A DNA stretch of 48,192 bases from Pseudomonadota bacterium (GCA_031416315.1 JANOTL010000157.1:1-48192); one strand, 5' to 3'; counted from the first letter of the stretch, positions 1-9,734 are shown. A program made the numbers and translations. Notes: a model not told the origin generated them from the letters alone.

Positions 1-117
1 CACCGACTCGGCGGCGCGCACCAGCTGATCCTTGAGACGCCGGCTCGGCAGACGCAGAGCCCGTACCAGGTGATAGAAACGAATCGCTGCCTTCAACGAC
101 CGGAACTCATAAGCCAT
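1..117 (-). CDS. Four-helix-bundle protein (23S rRNA-intervening-sequence/IVP family), 5' part only, runs off the window
   Basis: Not in the ORF track. Manual translation from the ATG at 117 gives MAYEFRSLKAAIRFYHLVRALRLPSRRLKDQLVRAAESV, which contains the family-typical 'DQLxRAAxSV'. GGAGG RBS at 125-129. Confidence 0.8.
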   Translation of the reverse strand, partial: MAYEFRSLKAAIRFYHLVRALRLPSRRLKDQLVRAAESV

Positions 118-287
118 GTCGATACCTCCGTTGGCTTTCGATCGGGCGAAAACCAATCGGCGGCGGGCGGCAACAAGAATCCGCCGGACATCAGCCGCCG
201 GGCGGTCGCCAGCGACCGGCGACCGAAGAACCGGGAGTGGCACCGGTCTTCCCGCCACGGCTTCCGGAGCCCTGGAACGGCGGGCGC

Positions 288-956
288 TTAAAATGCGCTA
301 GCCGTGGCTTTGGTGATGAGGATGCTGCTCTGGGGCTTGGTCGTGCCTGGCACGACTGGCTGCGCCTCGAGCTGGCGCAGGGTGTCCTCGCTCGTGGGGT
401 CGATCGCGCCAAAGACGGTGTACTGGCCGTTGAGGTGCGGGGCGGGGCCGAGGAGGACGCTGAAGGAGGTGTCGGCGGAGTTGACGTCGGCGTTGCGCGC
501 CATGCTCAAGGTGCCGCGCACGTGCTTCACGTCGCTGAACTCGGCGGGGATCTTGACGACGACGGCTTCCTGCTCGGGCGTGAGCGGGTTCGGGCGACCG
601 AAGGTGCCGCCGAACTGGATGACGAAATTCTTCTCGATGCGGATCAAGGCGCTGGCGTCGAGGACGCCGGCCTTCACGATCTTGACGAACTGCGCGACGT
701 GTTGAGGCGCGAGCTTCGGCCACAACTTCAAGTTCAAAGGGCCGAGCGTCGTGGTGAGGATGACGTCGATCGCGCCGTCCTGATAGTTGGCAGGCGCACC
801 GGTCACGGGAGCCGCAGACTTCGCGCCGGCTTTCGGCGCGGTGACCGCGGTCTGCGACTCGACGCGCGGCGGCGGCGTGCGGACGAGGAGATAGCCGACT
901 AGGGCGAGGACGAGGACGAGGGCTAAGACCGCGGCGGCTTGGAAGAGCTTCAACAT
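288..956 (-). CDS. Cyclophilin-type peptidyl-prolyl cis-trans isomerase with N-terminal membrane anchor
   Basis: Motifs 'FVIQFG', 'HVRGTLSMAR', 'SADTSFS', 'PHLNGQYTVFG'; hydrophobic N-terminus. Confidence 0.92.
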   Translation of the reverse strand: MLKLFQAAAVLALVLVLALVGYLLVRTPPPRVESQTAVTAPKAGAKSAAPVTGAPANYQDGAIDVILTTTLGPLNLKLWPKLAPQHVAQFVKIVKAGVLDASALIRIEKNFVIQFGGTFGRPNPLTPEQEAVVVKIPAEFSDVKHVRGTLSMARNADVNSADTSFSVLLGPAPHLNGQYTVFGAIDPTSEDTLRQLEAQPVVPGTTKPQSSILITKATASAF

Positions 957-982
957 GGGCGGGCCTGTGGTAGGGGTCTTGT

Positions 983-1321
983 TTAGAGCTCGTAAACTTC
1001 GATTCGGTCATGCATGAGGCTCGGGCAGGAGCTGGCGATCTCGACGGCTTGCTCGTAGGTCTCGGCCCGGATCAGGAAGAAGCCGGTGAGGGCGTTCTCG
1101 TCCTCGCTGCGTGTCTCGCGAGTCGCGGTGAAGGTGCGGGGTGTCATGCGCCGGACGAGCTTCAACGTCTCCGGCAGCGAGCTGCCGCGGACGTAGTGAT
1201 CCTGCGCGCGAAGCGAGGCGGTCCATGCAGAGAAGGATTCGTTTAGCTGCGCCCAGTCTTCGGGGGTGAGAGCGTCCCAGTCGCTGGGGCGGCCGCGGGG
1301 TACTAGAAGGTATTCACGCAT
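983..1321 (-). CDS. YciI/DGPF-family protein
   Basis: 112 aa; 'W..W...L...G..L' N-half and 'GFFLIRAETYEQAVEIASSCP...IEV' C-half; the DGPF tetrapeptide itself is diverged. Confidence 0.75.
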   Translation of the reverse strand: MREYLLVPRGRPSDWDALTPEDWAQLNESFSAWTASLRAQDHYVRGSSLPETLKLVRRMTPRTFTATRETRSEDENALTGFFLIRAETYEQAVEIASSCPSLMHDRIEVYEL

Positions 1322-1413
1322 GTCGGCACGATACCGCAGAACGGGGCGCTTGCCATCAGGCGCGCTCGCGCGGGGAACCGCGATAGGCGAACTGGCTTCC
1401 TGCTATGGAGTTC

Positions 1414-1779
1414 TTACACCGGCTTGTAGAGCGCCAAGTATCCTGCCGCCAGCGCGATGAATGCCGTGGCCAACCAGACCGATCCCGCGAGTGACGGGCG
1501 GCGCTTGACGACCCATAATGCGGCGCCCAGCAGCCCCCAAAGCACGAGCTTCGCGTAGATCCAGCCAGGAAGCCCGGCGACGAGACCGAGCCGCGCCAGC
1601 ATGCCGAAGCCACCGAGCAAGACGAGGAACAATCCGATTCCGTGGACAGCCGCGGCGCGTTTTCTCCAGGGGTGCTTCGCCGCCTCGCCCTGAATGGCGG
1701 CGAACGCAAGGCCTCCCAGAGAGATCAGGACCAGGAAGATCCCGAGAAAGTGGGTGAGTTTGTATATTTGGTAGCTCAT
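1414..1779 (-). CDS. Small 4-TM membrane protein (SirB2/DUF2269-like)
   Basis: Start chosen at MSYQIYKLTH; four hydrophobic segments; 'HGIGL', 'PGWIYAKL', 'LYKP'. Confidence 0.7.
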   Translation of the reverse strand: MSYQIYKLTHFLGIFLVLISLGGLAFAAIQGEAAKHPWRKRAAAVHGIGLFLVLLGGFGMLARLGLVAGLPGWIYAKLVLWGLLGAALWVVKRRPSLAGSVWLATAFIALAAGYLALYKPV

Positions 1780-1783
1780 TTGG

Positions 1784-3277
1784 CTAGGCCGCAGGCACAA
1801 AGCGTCCGCGAGCGATCTCGCGCAGCGCGTCGAGGTCTTCTTTACGAGAGACCGAGAGCGGCACGGTTCCTTTCAGGCAATGCAAGAGCGTTGCGGTGTC
1901 GAGCGCGCGTTTTTGATGCAGCGCCTGGTAAAGCGCGGTGACGACGGCTTGCTCGATCTCCGCGCCGCTGAAGCCGTCGGTAGCGGCGACGAGCACGTTG
2001 CCGTCGAACGTCGCCGGCTCCAAGTTGCGTAGGCGCAGGTGCAGCTGGAAGATCTCGACGCGCTCGGCGGGCGTCGGCAAGTCGACGAAGAAGACCTCGT
2101 CGAAGCGGCCTTTCCGCTGGAGCTCCGGCGGCAGCGCGTTCAGGTCGTTCGCGGTGGCGGCGACGAAGATGCGCGGGTCTTTCTCCTGCAGCCATGTGAG
2201 AAAGCTGCCGAAGACGCGTTTGCCCAAGGCGCTGTCGCCGCCGCTGCCGCCGTCGGGGGAGAAGCCCTTCTCGATCTCGTCGATCCAGAGGACGACGGGC
2301 GCGATCGAGCTCGCCATCGCCGTGGCGCGGCGGAAGTTTGCCTCGGTCTCGCCGACGTACTTGTCGTAGAGGCGGCTGGCGTCGAGCTTGAGCAAGGGAA
2401 AGCCGAGCTCGCGGGCAATCACCTTCGCCGCCAGAGATTTGCCGCAGCCTTGGACGCCGACGAGGAGGACGCCGCGCGGCGGCTTCAAGTTCAGCGCTTT
2501 CGCCTCGGGCGTGTAGCCCATCTTCGCGCGCGCGAGCCAGGTCTTCAGGCCGGCGAAGCCGCCGAGTGCGAAGTGGTTTTGCCCCGGCGCGTAGTACTCG
2601 AGGAGACCTCCGTCGCGGATCAGCTTGGATTTGCGGTCGAGCACGACGTCGATGTCGCGGGCGGTGATCTTGCGGTCTTCCAGCAGCGCGTAGTTTAGGG
2701 CTTGGCGCGCCTGGTTCAAGGTCATTCCGGTCAGGGCGTCGACGAGCCGGTCCCAATCGGTCGCTTGCATCTCGACCGGGAAATTGTTCTTCTTGGCGTA
2801 GGCGACGGCGTCCTCGACGACGCGGCGCATGTCGTCTCGCGTCGGGAGCTGAAAGGCGAAGGGGACGGAGACGTGCGCTAGCTCCTTCGGCAGCGCCACC
2901 TCGGGACCGACAACGATCGCGGTCGAGCCCCGGCGCGCGAGGAGCTGCAACATCTCGCGGCAGGCGCGGACTTTCACCGGGCCGTCGAGGTGGGGCGTGA
3001 AGTCCTTCAGCAGGAAGATCGCACGCTCGGTCTTACTGCCCATGGCCTTCAAAGCCTCTATGGGGGCGTCCGCCTCCGGCGGGCGATAGGCGGCGGGCGA
3101 CTCGGGGTCGGTCAGGCCCTGCGAGGCGGTCCAGGTGAAGAAAGGCAGGCGGGTGTTGCGCGCGGCGGCTTTCGCGAGGCCTTCGAATCGCTCTTCCTCC
3201 GTCGTCTCGACGACGATGAGCGGATGCGCCGAATGAATCAGCGTCGTGAGCTCGTGGAGGCTGCTTTGGCGTTCCAT
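1784..3277 (-). CDS. AAA+ ATPase, Ycf46-like
   Basis: Walker A GVQGCGKS, Walker B LWIDEIEK, 'ATAN..LPPE..RKGRFDEVFFVDLP'; degenerate N-terminal AAA domain. Start chosen at MERQSSL. Confidence 0.9.
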   Translation of the reverse strand: MERQSSLHELTTLIHSAHPLIVVETTEEERFEGLAKAAARNTRLPFFTWTASQGLTDPESPAAYRPPEADAPIEALKAMGSKTERAIFLLKDFTPHLDGPVKVRACREMLQLLARRGSTAIVVGPEVALPKELAHVSVPFAFQLPTRDDMRRVVEDAVAYAKKNNFPVEMQATDWDRLVDALTGMTLNQARQALNYALLEDRKITARDIDVVLDRKSKLIRDGGLLEYYAPGQNHFALGGFAGLKTWLARAKMGYTPEAKALNLKPPRGVLLVGVQGCGKSLAAKVIARELGFPLLKLDASRLYDKYVGETEANFRRATAMASSIAPVVLWIDEIEKGFSPDGGSGGDSALGKRVFGSFLTWLQEKDPRIFVAATANDLNALPPELQRKGRFDEVFFVDLPTPAERVEIFQLHLRLRNLEPATFDGNVLVAATDGFSGAEIEQAVVTALYQALHQKRALDTATLLHCLKGTVPLSVSRKEDLDALREIARGRFVPAA

Positions 3278-3298
3278 CGGCGTGTCCCTACAGGCGAT

Positions 3299-3955
3299 AT
3301 GGAATATGATGCAGGCTTCGGGACCTTGGAGCAACCGGATAGGGGAGCCATCGCCATGAGCGGCCGGGTCGAGGCAGCGGAAAGCGCGTTGACGCGCCTC
3401 CTCGCGCAGAAGCCGGCGACCGGGGGGTTGCCAGCGCTCATGCACGAGGAGCCGGGATTCATCGAGACCCTGCGCGAGCTCAAGGACAAAGTCTTTGACT
3501 GGATCGGATCGCTTTTACCGACCGTCGAGCCGTCTTCGGGCAAGAAGCTCAGCAACGACATGGTGATCCAAACGCTATTTTACGGCGTGCTGACGATCTT
3601 GTTGGCGCTCCTCGTTTGGCTCGTCGTGGTCTCCGTGATGGCCTTGAGCAAGGCGCGACGTCGCGATGCGGTAGGTTTCGAGCCGCCCAGTGCCAAGGCA
3701 CAAATGTCGGCGCACAGCGCGTATGCGGAGCGCATCGCGGCGCACATGGCGCGCGGCGAATACGCTGCGGCGATGCGGTGGCGGTGGCGCCTTTTCGTAC
3801 AGGAAAGCGGCCTGCCGCATGACCGGACGCCGGCCGAGCACGACGCGGCACGCCTCTGCGTTCACTACCCTGCGATGTACGGCGACGCGGCGGCGACCGA
3901 GGTCACGTTCGCGGCATTCGAGGCGGCGCTGCGCCCGCCGGCGGGGGCCGCATGA
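3299..3955 (+). CDS. DUF4129-like single-TM protein
   Basis: One TM helix, 'GEYAAAMRW', 'DRTPAEH', 'YPAMYG'; first gene of the MoxR operon. Start uncertain (3299 or 3356). Confidence 0.7.
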   Translation: MEYDAGFGTLEQPDRGAIAMSGRVEAAESALTRLLAQKPATGGLPALMHEEPGFIETLRELKDKVFDWIGSLLPTVEPSSGKKLSNDMVIQTLFYGVLTILLALLVWLVVVSVMALSKARRRDAVGFEPPSAKAQMSAHSAYAERIAAHMARGEYAAAMRWRWRLFVQESGLPHDRTPAEHDAARLCVHYPAMYGDAAATEVTFAAFEAALRPPAGAA

Positions 3956-5064
3956 AAGTCTCCCGTCCCGTCGCCGCGCTCGGGGTCGTGGCGTTGGTCG
4001 TCTTTTACATCACGTTGAACGTCGTCATCGATCGCGCCTCGCGCACGCAAGGCGCCTCGACGCACAGCTCGTCGGGTCTCGGCTCGAGCCTCTTCTTCGA
4101 GCTCGCAAAAGAGATCGGCGACGTCGAGCCGCGGCGAATGGGTCGCGCGCTCATGAGCGACGCGGAGCTCGGCGGTCTCGACACCTTGATCATCGCCGGG
4201 CCGCAACGCGCGCCGAGCCAAGCGGAGGAGCGGGCGATCGCGCGGTGGATCGACCGCGGCGGGCGGCTGATCGTCAGCTTCCACGACGAGACGACCTGGC
4301 GCGCCGTGTCCAGTCTCTTGCGGGAGATCGGCACGGATTTTCAGGCAAAGGCCCGCGACGACTTTCGCAACGGCGAGGTGGTGAAGCTCGACGGGAAGTG
4401 GGCGCCGACGGAGTGGGGCATGGTCGGTGAGGCATACGAGCTCTATGGACGGATGCGCTTCGTCGACGCTGGTGACACCGACGCTTGCGACGATAGTTTG
4501 AACGTCGAGTGCTACGTGCGGCAGGTCGATCTGGGAAAAGGGGACGTGATCGCGTTCGCGAGCGTCGCGCCGTTCGCCAATGCGATGCTCGAGCGAGCGG
4601 GAAATCGCCACGTCGCGGCGCGTTTGGCCGCGGCGGGCGGGGCGATGGGCTTCGACGAGTATCACCACTTCTTCAGCGACAAGACCTTGACCGATTTGCT
4701 GCTGACGCCAGCGTCAACCTTGCCGATGCTGGGGCTGATCGCGACGGTGCTCTTGTTCCTCGCCAGCCGAAAGCGCTGGGAGGGAGGCGGGGAGCCGAAC
4801 GCGCCGCCGACGCCGACGCGCGGCTACCACGAGATGAACGTCGACATCCTCGGGGCTCAGATGACCGGCGGGCCCTTCGCGGACTCGGCCGTTCGCAGGC
4901 AAGCAGCGGTATTGACGCAGATATTCCCGAATCTCCGCGGGGCGGTGGGGGAGTGTTTGCAGACCTTGAATCCGGCAGATCCGGTCAGGGCGCAAAAGAT
5001 AGCGCGGCAGCTTTTGGCGCTGCACGCGGCGGAACTCGAACGCATGGGACGGAGGCGACCGTAG
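3952..5064 (+). CDS. DUF4350-like membrane-anchored protein
   Basis: N-terminal TM, 'WIDRGGRLIV', 'GKGDVI', 'FAN..L..AGN', 'FDEYHH' followed by a TM; ATGA overlap with the upstream gene. Confidence 0.8.
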   Translation: MKVSRPVAALGVVALVVFYITLNVVIDRASRTQGASTHSSSGLGSSLFFELAKEIGDVEPRRMGRALMSDAELGGLDTLIIAGPQRAPSQAEERAIARWIDRGGRLIVSFHDETTWRAVSSLLREIGTDFQAKARDDFRNGEVVKLDGKWAPTEWGMVGEAYELYGRMRFVDAGDTDACDDSLNVECYVRQVDLGKGDVIAFASVAPFANAMLERAGNRHVAARLAAAGGAMGFDEYHHFFSDKTLTDLLLTPASTLPMLGLIATVLLFLASRKRWEGGGEPNAPPTPTRGYHEMNVDILGAQMTGGPFADSAVRRQAAVLTQIFPNLRGAVGECLQTLNPADPVRAQKIARQLLALHAAELERMGRRRP

Positions 5065-5067
5065 AGC

Positions 5068-6009
5068 ATGAGTTATGTGAGCGAAGTCATGACGCAGGTG
5101 CTCGAGCAGGTCGACGGCCGCTATCTTTTCGGGGCGCGGCGGACGCTGCGCTTTCTGGCGACGGCCTTTCTTTGTCGCGGTCACGTCTTGATCGAGGGGC
5201 CGCCCGGGACCGGCAAAACGCGCATGGCGAAGTCGATGGCGGACCTGCTCGGGAAGAGCTTCCGGCGCATCCAGTTCACCAGCGACCTCTTGCCGTCCGA
5301 CATCTTGGGCGCGCATATCTACACGGCGAAGACGGAGGAGTTCAAATTCATCCGCGGGCCGATCTTCGCCGATATGGTGCTTGCCGACGAGATCAACCGC
5401 GCACCCCCGCGCACGCAGTCGGCGCTCCTGGAGGCGATGGAGGAGCGGCAGGTGACGAGCGAGGGCGTTCGGCTCGAGCTCTCCGGCGATTTTTTTGTCG
5501 TGGCGACGCAGAACCCGCTGGAGTTGGAGGGGACCTTTCCCCTGCCTGAGGCGCAGCTCGACCGCTTCATGGTGCGGATCAAAGTGACGCATGCGGATGC
5601 GGCTACGGAGCTCAACATCCTGAAGGCGAGCCTCGGCGGGACTCTGGATGCCCCTGCTGGAGCGCTGACGGCGGTGACGGTCGATCGGGCGCGCGTCGAC
5701 GCGGAGCTGCGCGCGGTGCGTTGCGACGACAGCTTGGTGCAGCACGTCACCAAGTTGCTCGCGGCGACGCGTAAGCATTCGCTATTGACCGCCGGCGCGA
5801 GCGTACGCGGGGGCTTGGCGCTGGTGGCGGCGTCGCGTTCCCTGGCGGCAATGGACAATCGCGCGTTCGTGACGCCGGACGACTTGAAGGCGTTGGCGCC
5901 TTTGGTCCTGGCGCATCGCGTGCGGCTGTCGCCCGAGGCGCAGGTCGGCGGGCACACGGAGGAAGCGGTGATCGAAGAGATCGTCGGCGCGAGCGGCTTT
6001 CCGGCATGA
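5068..6009 (+). CDS. moxR: MoxR-family AAA+ ATPase
   Basis: 'GHVLIEGPPGTGKT', 'RIQFTSDLLPSDI', 'LADEINRAPPRTQSALLEAMEE', 'ATQNP.E.EGTFPLPEAQLDRF'. Confidence 0.96.
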   Translation: MSYVSEVMTQVLEQVDGRYLFGARRTLRFLATAFLCRGHVLIEGPPGTGKTRMAKSMADLLGKSFRRIQFTSDLLPSDILGAHIYTAKTEEFKFIRGPIFADMVLADEINRAPPRTQSALLEAMEERQVTSEGVRLELSGDFFVVATQNPLELEGTFPLPEAQLDRFMVRIKVTHADAATELNILKASLGGTLDAPAGALTAVTVDRARVDAELRAVRCDDSLVQHVTKLLAATRKHSLLTAGASVRGGLALVAASRSLAAMDNRAFVTPDDLKALAPLVLAHRVRLSPEAQVGGHTEEAVIEEIVGASGFPA

Positions 6010-7367
6010 CGAAAGGCACCTACCTGACGCCGCGGGCTTTCATCGTGCTGGCCATTTGGCAGTGCGTGGGGATCGCGGCGCAGTGGTCGTCCTTGTGCTT
6101 GGCGCTCTATGTGATCGCGGTGCCAGTGCTTTTGGCGTTCGGGGTCGCGGACCGGCGGACCTTGATGGCGCCGGCCGCCTTTCTCGTCCGAAGCGACGCG
6201 CCGGAGGTGTTCGAGCTGGATATCCCGGTGACCGTCCGTTGGCGTATCTTCGCGGACGAACGCGCTGCCGGCGCGCGGCCGGCGTCGGTGGCTTGGCGTG
6301 CGTCCGGAAGCGCGCTCGTCACTGTGGCGCCGGAGCGCGGCGTGGCGATGCGCGACGGCAAGCAGCAGACTTGGACGGTGAGCCAGGAGGCGCGCCCCAA
6401 AGCGTTGGGCACGGCTAGCGTGCCAGCGCCCGAGATCGAGGTGCGCTCGGCGGCCGGCTACTGGGGGCGGCGGTTTCTGGTCGCGGGGAAGATTGCGGCG
6501 TTACAGGTCGTGCCGAGCCGGGACCGCGTGCCGGAACAGGAGTTCGAGCGCGCGGTGAGCCAACAGCGCTCGCTTTTCCAAGGGGCGCGGCTCAGGATGC
6601 GCGACCGGAGCCCGGACCAGTATTTGACGACGCGCAAGTATCGCTATCCGGATTCCTTGCGGCAGATCGATCACAAGAAGTCGGCGCGGTACGGCGAGCT
6701 GATGACGCGGACGTACGAAAGTTTGCGGCAGCAGCACCTCGTGATCGCCCTGGATCTCGGACGCGCGATGACGGGGCGCATCGGCGGCTCCGACAAGCTC
6801 GCCTTTTACCTCGCCGCGGCGTGGACTCTGGTCGACGTGGCGATTCGCTCGGGGGATCGGGTGAGCGTCTTCGCGTTTTCGCGGGACGTGGCGTACATGG
6901 TGCCGCGGTCCTCGAATCTGGCGTCATTTGCCGCGTTGCATCGCGGTGATCCGCGTTTGGCCGCGCGCTCGGTGGAAAGCGATTACCGGCTGGTCGGGGA
7001 GACGATCGGGGTCCTTGGAGCGCAGCGGAGCCTCGTCGTGTTGTTGACGGACGCGAGCCGGCCGAGCCTGCAAGACGAGCTACTCGTGAGCTTGCGTGGG
7101 GTTTGTCGCAAACACCTGACCTTGACCTTGAGCCTCGTGGATCGCGCGAACGACGTCGATCAGCTGGCACTGACGCAGGAAGCGCTGCCGAAGGGGCCGT
7201 TGGGGACCTCGCAGCTGGTCTACGCTTACTGGTTGCGCGAAAGCTTGGAGCTCTTCCGCCGGCGGATGACGCAGCTCGGCGGCGGGCTCGTGACGGCGCC
7301 GGAGCGGCATTGGTTGGACATGACGCAGCGCGTTTACCGACTAATGCGGGACTCGGCGCACTCTTAA
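6006..7367 (+). CDS. DUF58 (vWA-like) protein, MoxR partner
   Basis: 'RKYRYPDSLRQIDHKKSAR...L.TR.YE', 'IALDLGRAM', 'GDRV'; two N-terminal TMs; overlaps the moxR stop. Confidence 0.9.
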   Translation: MTKGTYLTPRAFIVLAIWQCVGIAAQWSSLCLALYVIAVPVLLAFGVADRRTLMAPAAFLVRSDAPEVFELDIPVTVRWRIFADERAAGARPASVAWRASGSALVTVAPERGVAMRDGKQQTWTVSQEARPKALGTASVPAPEIEVRSAAGYWGRRFLVAGKIAALQVVPSRDRVPEQEFERAVSQQRSLFQGARLRMRDRSPDQYLTTRKYRYPDSLRQIDHKKSARYGELMTRTYESLRQQHLVIALDLGRAMTGRIGGSDKLAFYLAAAWTLVDVAIRSGDRVSVFAFSRDVAYMVPRSSNLASFAALHRGDPRLAARSVESDYRLVGETIGVLGAQRSLVVLLTDASRPSLQDELLVSLRGVCRKHLTLTLSLVDRANDVDQLALTQEALPKGPLGTSQLVYAYWLRESLELFRRRMTQLGGGLVTAPERHWLDMTQRVYRLMRDSAHS

Positions 7368-8324
7368 GGTCCAAAGCCAGAATGCGCAAGCGATCGCGGC
7401 GCCGACCGACAGCTTGATCGAGACGGCGATGTCGGGACGAGGGCTGATGAAGCTCTCGACGGCGCCAGCGAGCACGAGCCACGGCAGGATGCCGGTCAAG
7501 ACGACGCCGGCGTCGCGGCCAGCCCGGCCCATGCGCTTGGCGAAGCCGGTGTACGGGGTCGTCCAAAATACGGAGCCGTAGAGCAGGCCAGCGAAGCAGG
7601 CGGCGACGATGATCGAGAGCTCGAGAATGCCGTGCGAGACCATGAACTCCGCCAACGGGCCGTCGAAGCCGTTGACGCGGCAAAAGCCGAGCATCGTGCC
7701 GATCATCAGGCCGTTGAAGGCGAGGATCGCCAGGCCGCCGATCCCGAAGAAGGTCGAGGCGGCGAAGGCGAGCATCGAGACTTGGATGTTGTTGCGGGCG
7801 ATCTGGAAGCCGCCGAAGAGGGGCGAGTCGTTCAGGCTCTCGAACCAGGCGCGGCCGGCGAGGATGTTTTCCATGTTCTCCTGCGGCAGGATCACAGGAA
7901 CGAGATCGGGACGGCGCGTGCCGATGCTCCAGCCGATCATGATCGTCGCCACGAGGACGAGGCCCACGAGGGCAAACAAGGCGCCATTGTCGCGCCAAAT
8001 GGCGCGGTAGCGGCTGACCCAGCGTTTATAGGCGCCCTGTTCGCGGACCATGCCGAGCGCGATGAGGCGCTGCGCAGCGTCCGCCGCGTATTCCTCCGCA
8101 CGGGCGAGGCGTGGATCGCCGGCGCCGGCGCGGCCGCGCAAGCGGTAGAGTTGGCTGGCGAGGGCGTCGAAATGCGTGAGGGCTTGAAATGCGTCGTCCA
8201 CGATAGCCGGCTCGTGCTGGGCCTTGCGGCCCGAGGCGAGCTTCTGCAGCTCGCGACCCAAGGACCTTTGCAGGTCCTGGAGTCGCGCCGCTTCGTCCAT
8301 CTCCGTGACGTCGCGCAGGCTCAC
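7341..8324 (-). CDS. SpoIIM-family (DUF95) membrane protein
   Basis: 'IARNNIQVS..AFA', 'L.FNG.MIG', 'HGILEL..I', 'AG.VESFISP'. Confidence 0.9.
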   Translation of the reverse strand: MSLRDVTEMDEAARLQDLQRSLGRELQKLASGRKAQHEPAIVDDAFQALTHFDALASQLYRLRGRAGAGDPRLARAEEYAADAAQRLIALGMVREQGAYKRWVSRYRAIWRDNGALFALVGLVLVATIMIGWSIGTRRPDLVPVILPQENMENILAGRAWFESLNDSPLFGGFQIARNNIQVSMLAFAASTFFGIGGLAILAFNGLMIGTMLGFCRVNGFDGPLAEFMVSHGILELSIIVAACFAGLLYGSVFWTTPYTGFAKRMGRAGRDAGVVLTGILPWLVLAGAVESFISPRPDIAVSIKLSVGAAIACAFWLWTLRVRRVPH

Positions 8325-8830
8325 TTCGAGCGAATGACTTGGCTTGTGACCATCAGATCGTGGAGACCGCGCTTGTCCTTGCGGAACATCGCCATCAGGT
8401 AGCCGATCATGAAGAGCAAGGCGCTGACCATTTTGCCGAGCGAGTCGCGCATGGCGCCGCGCATGAACGAGATGTTGGTGCCGTCGTTGGCGTCGACGAC
8501 CTTCAGGCCCATCGCCATCTTGCCGAGGGTCGCGCCTTTGCGCGAGTAGAAGTAGCCGGCGTAGAGGGCGGGGACGATCAAGCTGATGAGCATGATCAGG
8601 CCTTGGACGGCGAAATAGTTGGCGGGGACGTTGTTCGGGTCGATCGTCGCGGAGAGGCCGAAAGCCGACATCAGGACCATCGAGATGGGGTAGTTGACGA
8701 TGCCGACGACGACGCCGTCGATGATCAGGGCGACGAGGCGCACGCCGATGCCGCCGGGCTCGTGGGACGTCGCGACGGCGCCTTGCGGGGCGGGCTTGAA
8801 GGCAGACGGGGATGGGGCTTGCATGCTCAT
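8321..8830 (-). CDS. RDD-family protein
   Basis: 'RLVALIID', 'GATLGKMAMGLKVV', 'KRGLHDLM..SQV'; AAGGAG RBS before the ATG at 8830. Confidence 0.92.
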   Translation of the reverse strand: MSMQAPSPSAFKPAPQGAVATSHEPGGIGVRLVALIIDGVVVGIVNYPISMVLMSAFGLSATIDPNNVPANYFAVQGLIMLISLIVPALYAGYFYSRKGATLGKMAMGLKVVDANDGTNISFMRGAMRDSLGKMVSALLFMIGYLMAMFRKDKRGLHDLMVTSQVIRSK

Positions 8831-8840
8831 GGGAACTCCT

Positions 8841-9677
8841 TCATGGGCGCCGGTTGGCGCATTGGTGACAGTGCTCGGCGAAAAAGCGGCGCAAGTCGTC
8901 GGGCGACAGCCCGCTCGCCGCGCCGTTCGGGACATAGTGGGCGACCATCGCGTTCAGGCGCTCGAAGTCGGCGTCCGAGACCGCGACGCGCTGCCTCGAG
9001 ATCATGGTGGGATAGGCGAAGCGCAGGAACGCCTTGCCGTCTTCCGGCGGCACCGGCTTCGGCGCGAGCTTCTCGAAGTAGACGAGGTAATCGTCTTGAG
9101 CGAGGTAGAGAAAGCTCCATTTCGCTTCCTGAGTCGGCGAGTAGACCACCATGGTTCCCGCGACCAGGTCGCCGAGCCGGCGGTGCTCCTTGTTCATGAT
9201 CAAGGCGATGACGCCCGGTATCACCATCCAACAGTCGACAAGCCGGAGCAAATCGCGCAGGACGACCTGGCCGAAGGTCAGGCGGCGGCCGTCCAAGGAG
9301 ACGACGCGCAGACCGAAGAGCCGCTTGCCGACGGTCATGCCCTTCTTGTACTCGTTGTAGATAAAGTAGCCGCTGTTTATCACGAGGCCGCCGAGGACGA
9401 GAATGATCACCATCGTCACGAAGGCCGTCGAGCCGAATATGCCGGCGACCTCGCCTTCGCCCTTGTCGGCCATGGCGCCGCCCGCGGCGACGATGGTCAG
9501 GACCGAGACGCCGATGATGTAAAAGAGGTAGGTGCCGATCGCGGCGAAACCGACGTCGAGCAGGAACGCGAAAAGCCGCACGTGGTGAGGCGCCGGCGTG
9601 TGCGTGACCGTCAAGCCGTCGTAGATTTCGGCGTGGGTCGCGGTCGGGGATTCGTCTTTGAGCAGACTTTGCGTCAT
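8841..9677 (-). CDS. RDD-family protein with C-terminal extension
   Basis: 'RLFAFLLD', 'GMTVGKRLFGLRVV', 'RRLGDLVAGTMVV'; start chosen at MTQSLLK. Confidence 0.9.
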   Translation of the reverse strand: MTQSLLKDESPTATHAEIYDGLTVTHTPAPHHVRLFAFLLDVGFAAIGTYLFYIIGVSVLTIVAAGGAMADKGEGEVAGIFGSTAFVTMVIILVLGGLVINSGYFIYNEYKKGMTVGKRLFGLRVVSLDGRRLTFGQVVLRDLLRLVDCWMVIPGVIALIMNKEHRRLGDLVAGTMVVYSPTQEAKWSFLYLAQDDYLVYFEKLAPKPVPPEDGKAFLRFAYPTMISRQRVAVSDADFERLNAMVAHYVPNGAASGLSPDDLRRFFAEHCHQCANRRP

Positions 9678-9707
9678 TCCGCTTGGCTCCAACGTGGTCT
9701 GGACGAC

Positions 9708-9734
9708 ATGTCGGAGGGGCGGGGGCGAAGCTGA
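9708..9734 (-). promoter_or_regulatory. Putative sigma28 (FliA)-type promoter of the RDD-RDD-SpoIIM operon
   Basis: Minus strand reads TCAG-N15-TCCGACAT, against consensus TAAA-N15-GCCGATAA, 30 bp upstream of the ATG at 9677. Confidence 0.35.

Noticed and set aside
1340..1356. TGGCAA motif upstream of the YciI gene as a sigma54 promoter
   Set aside because: The -12 position reads GT, not GC.
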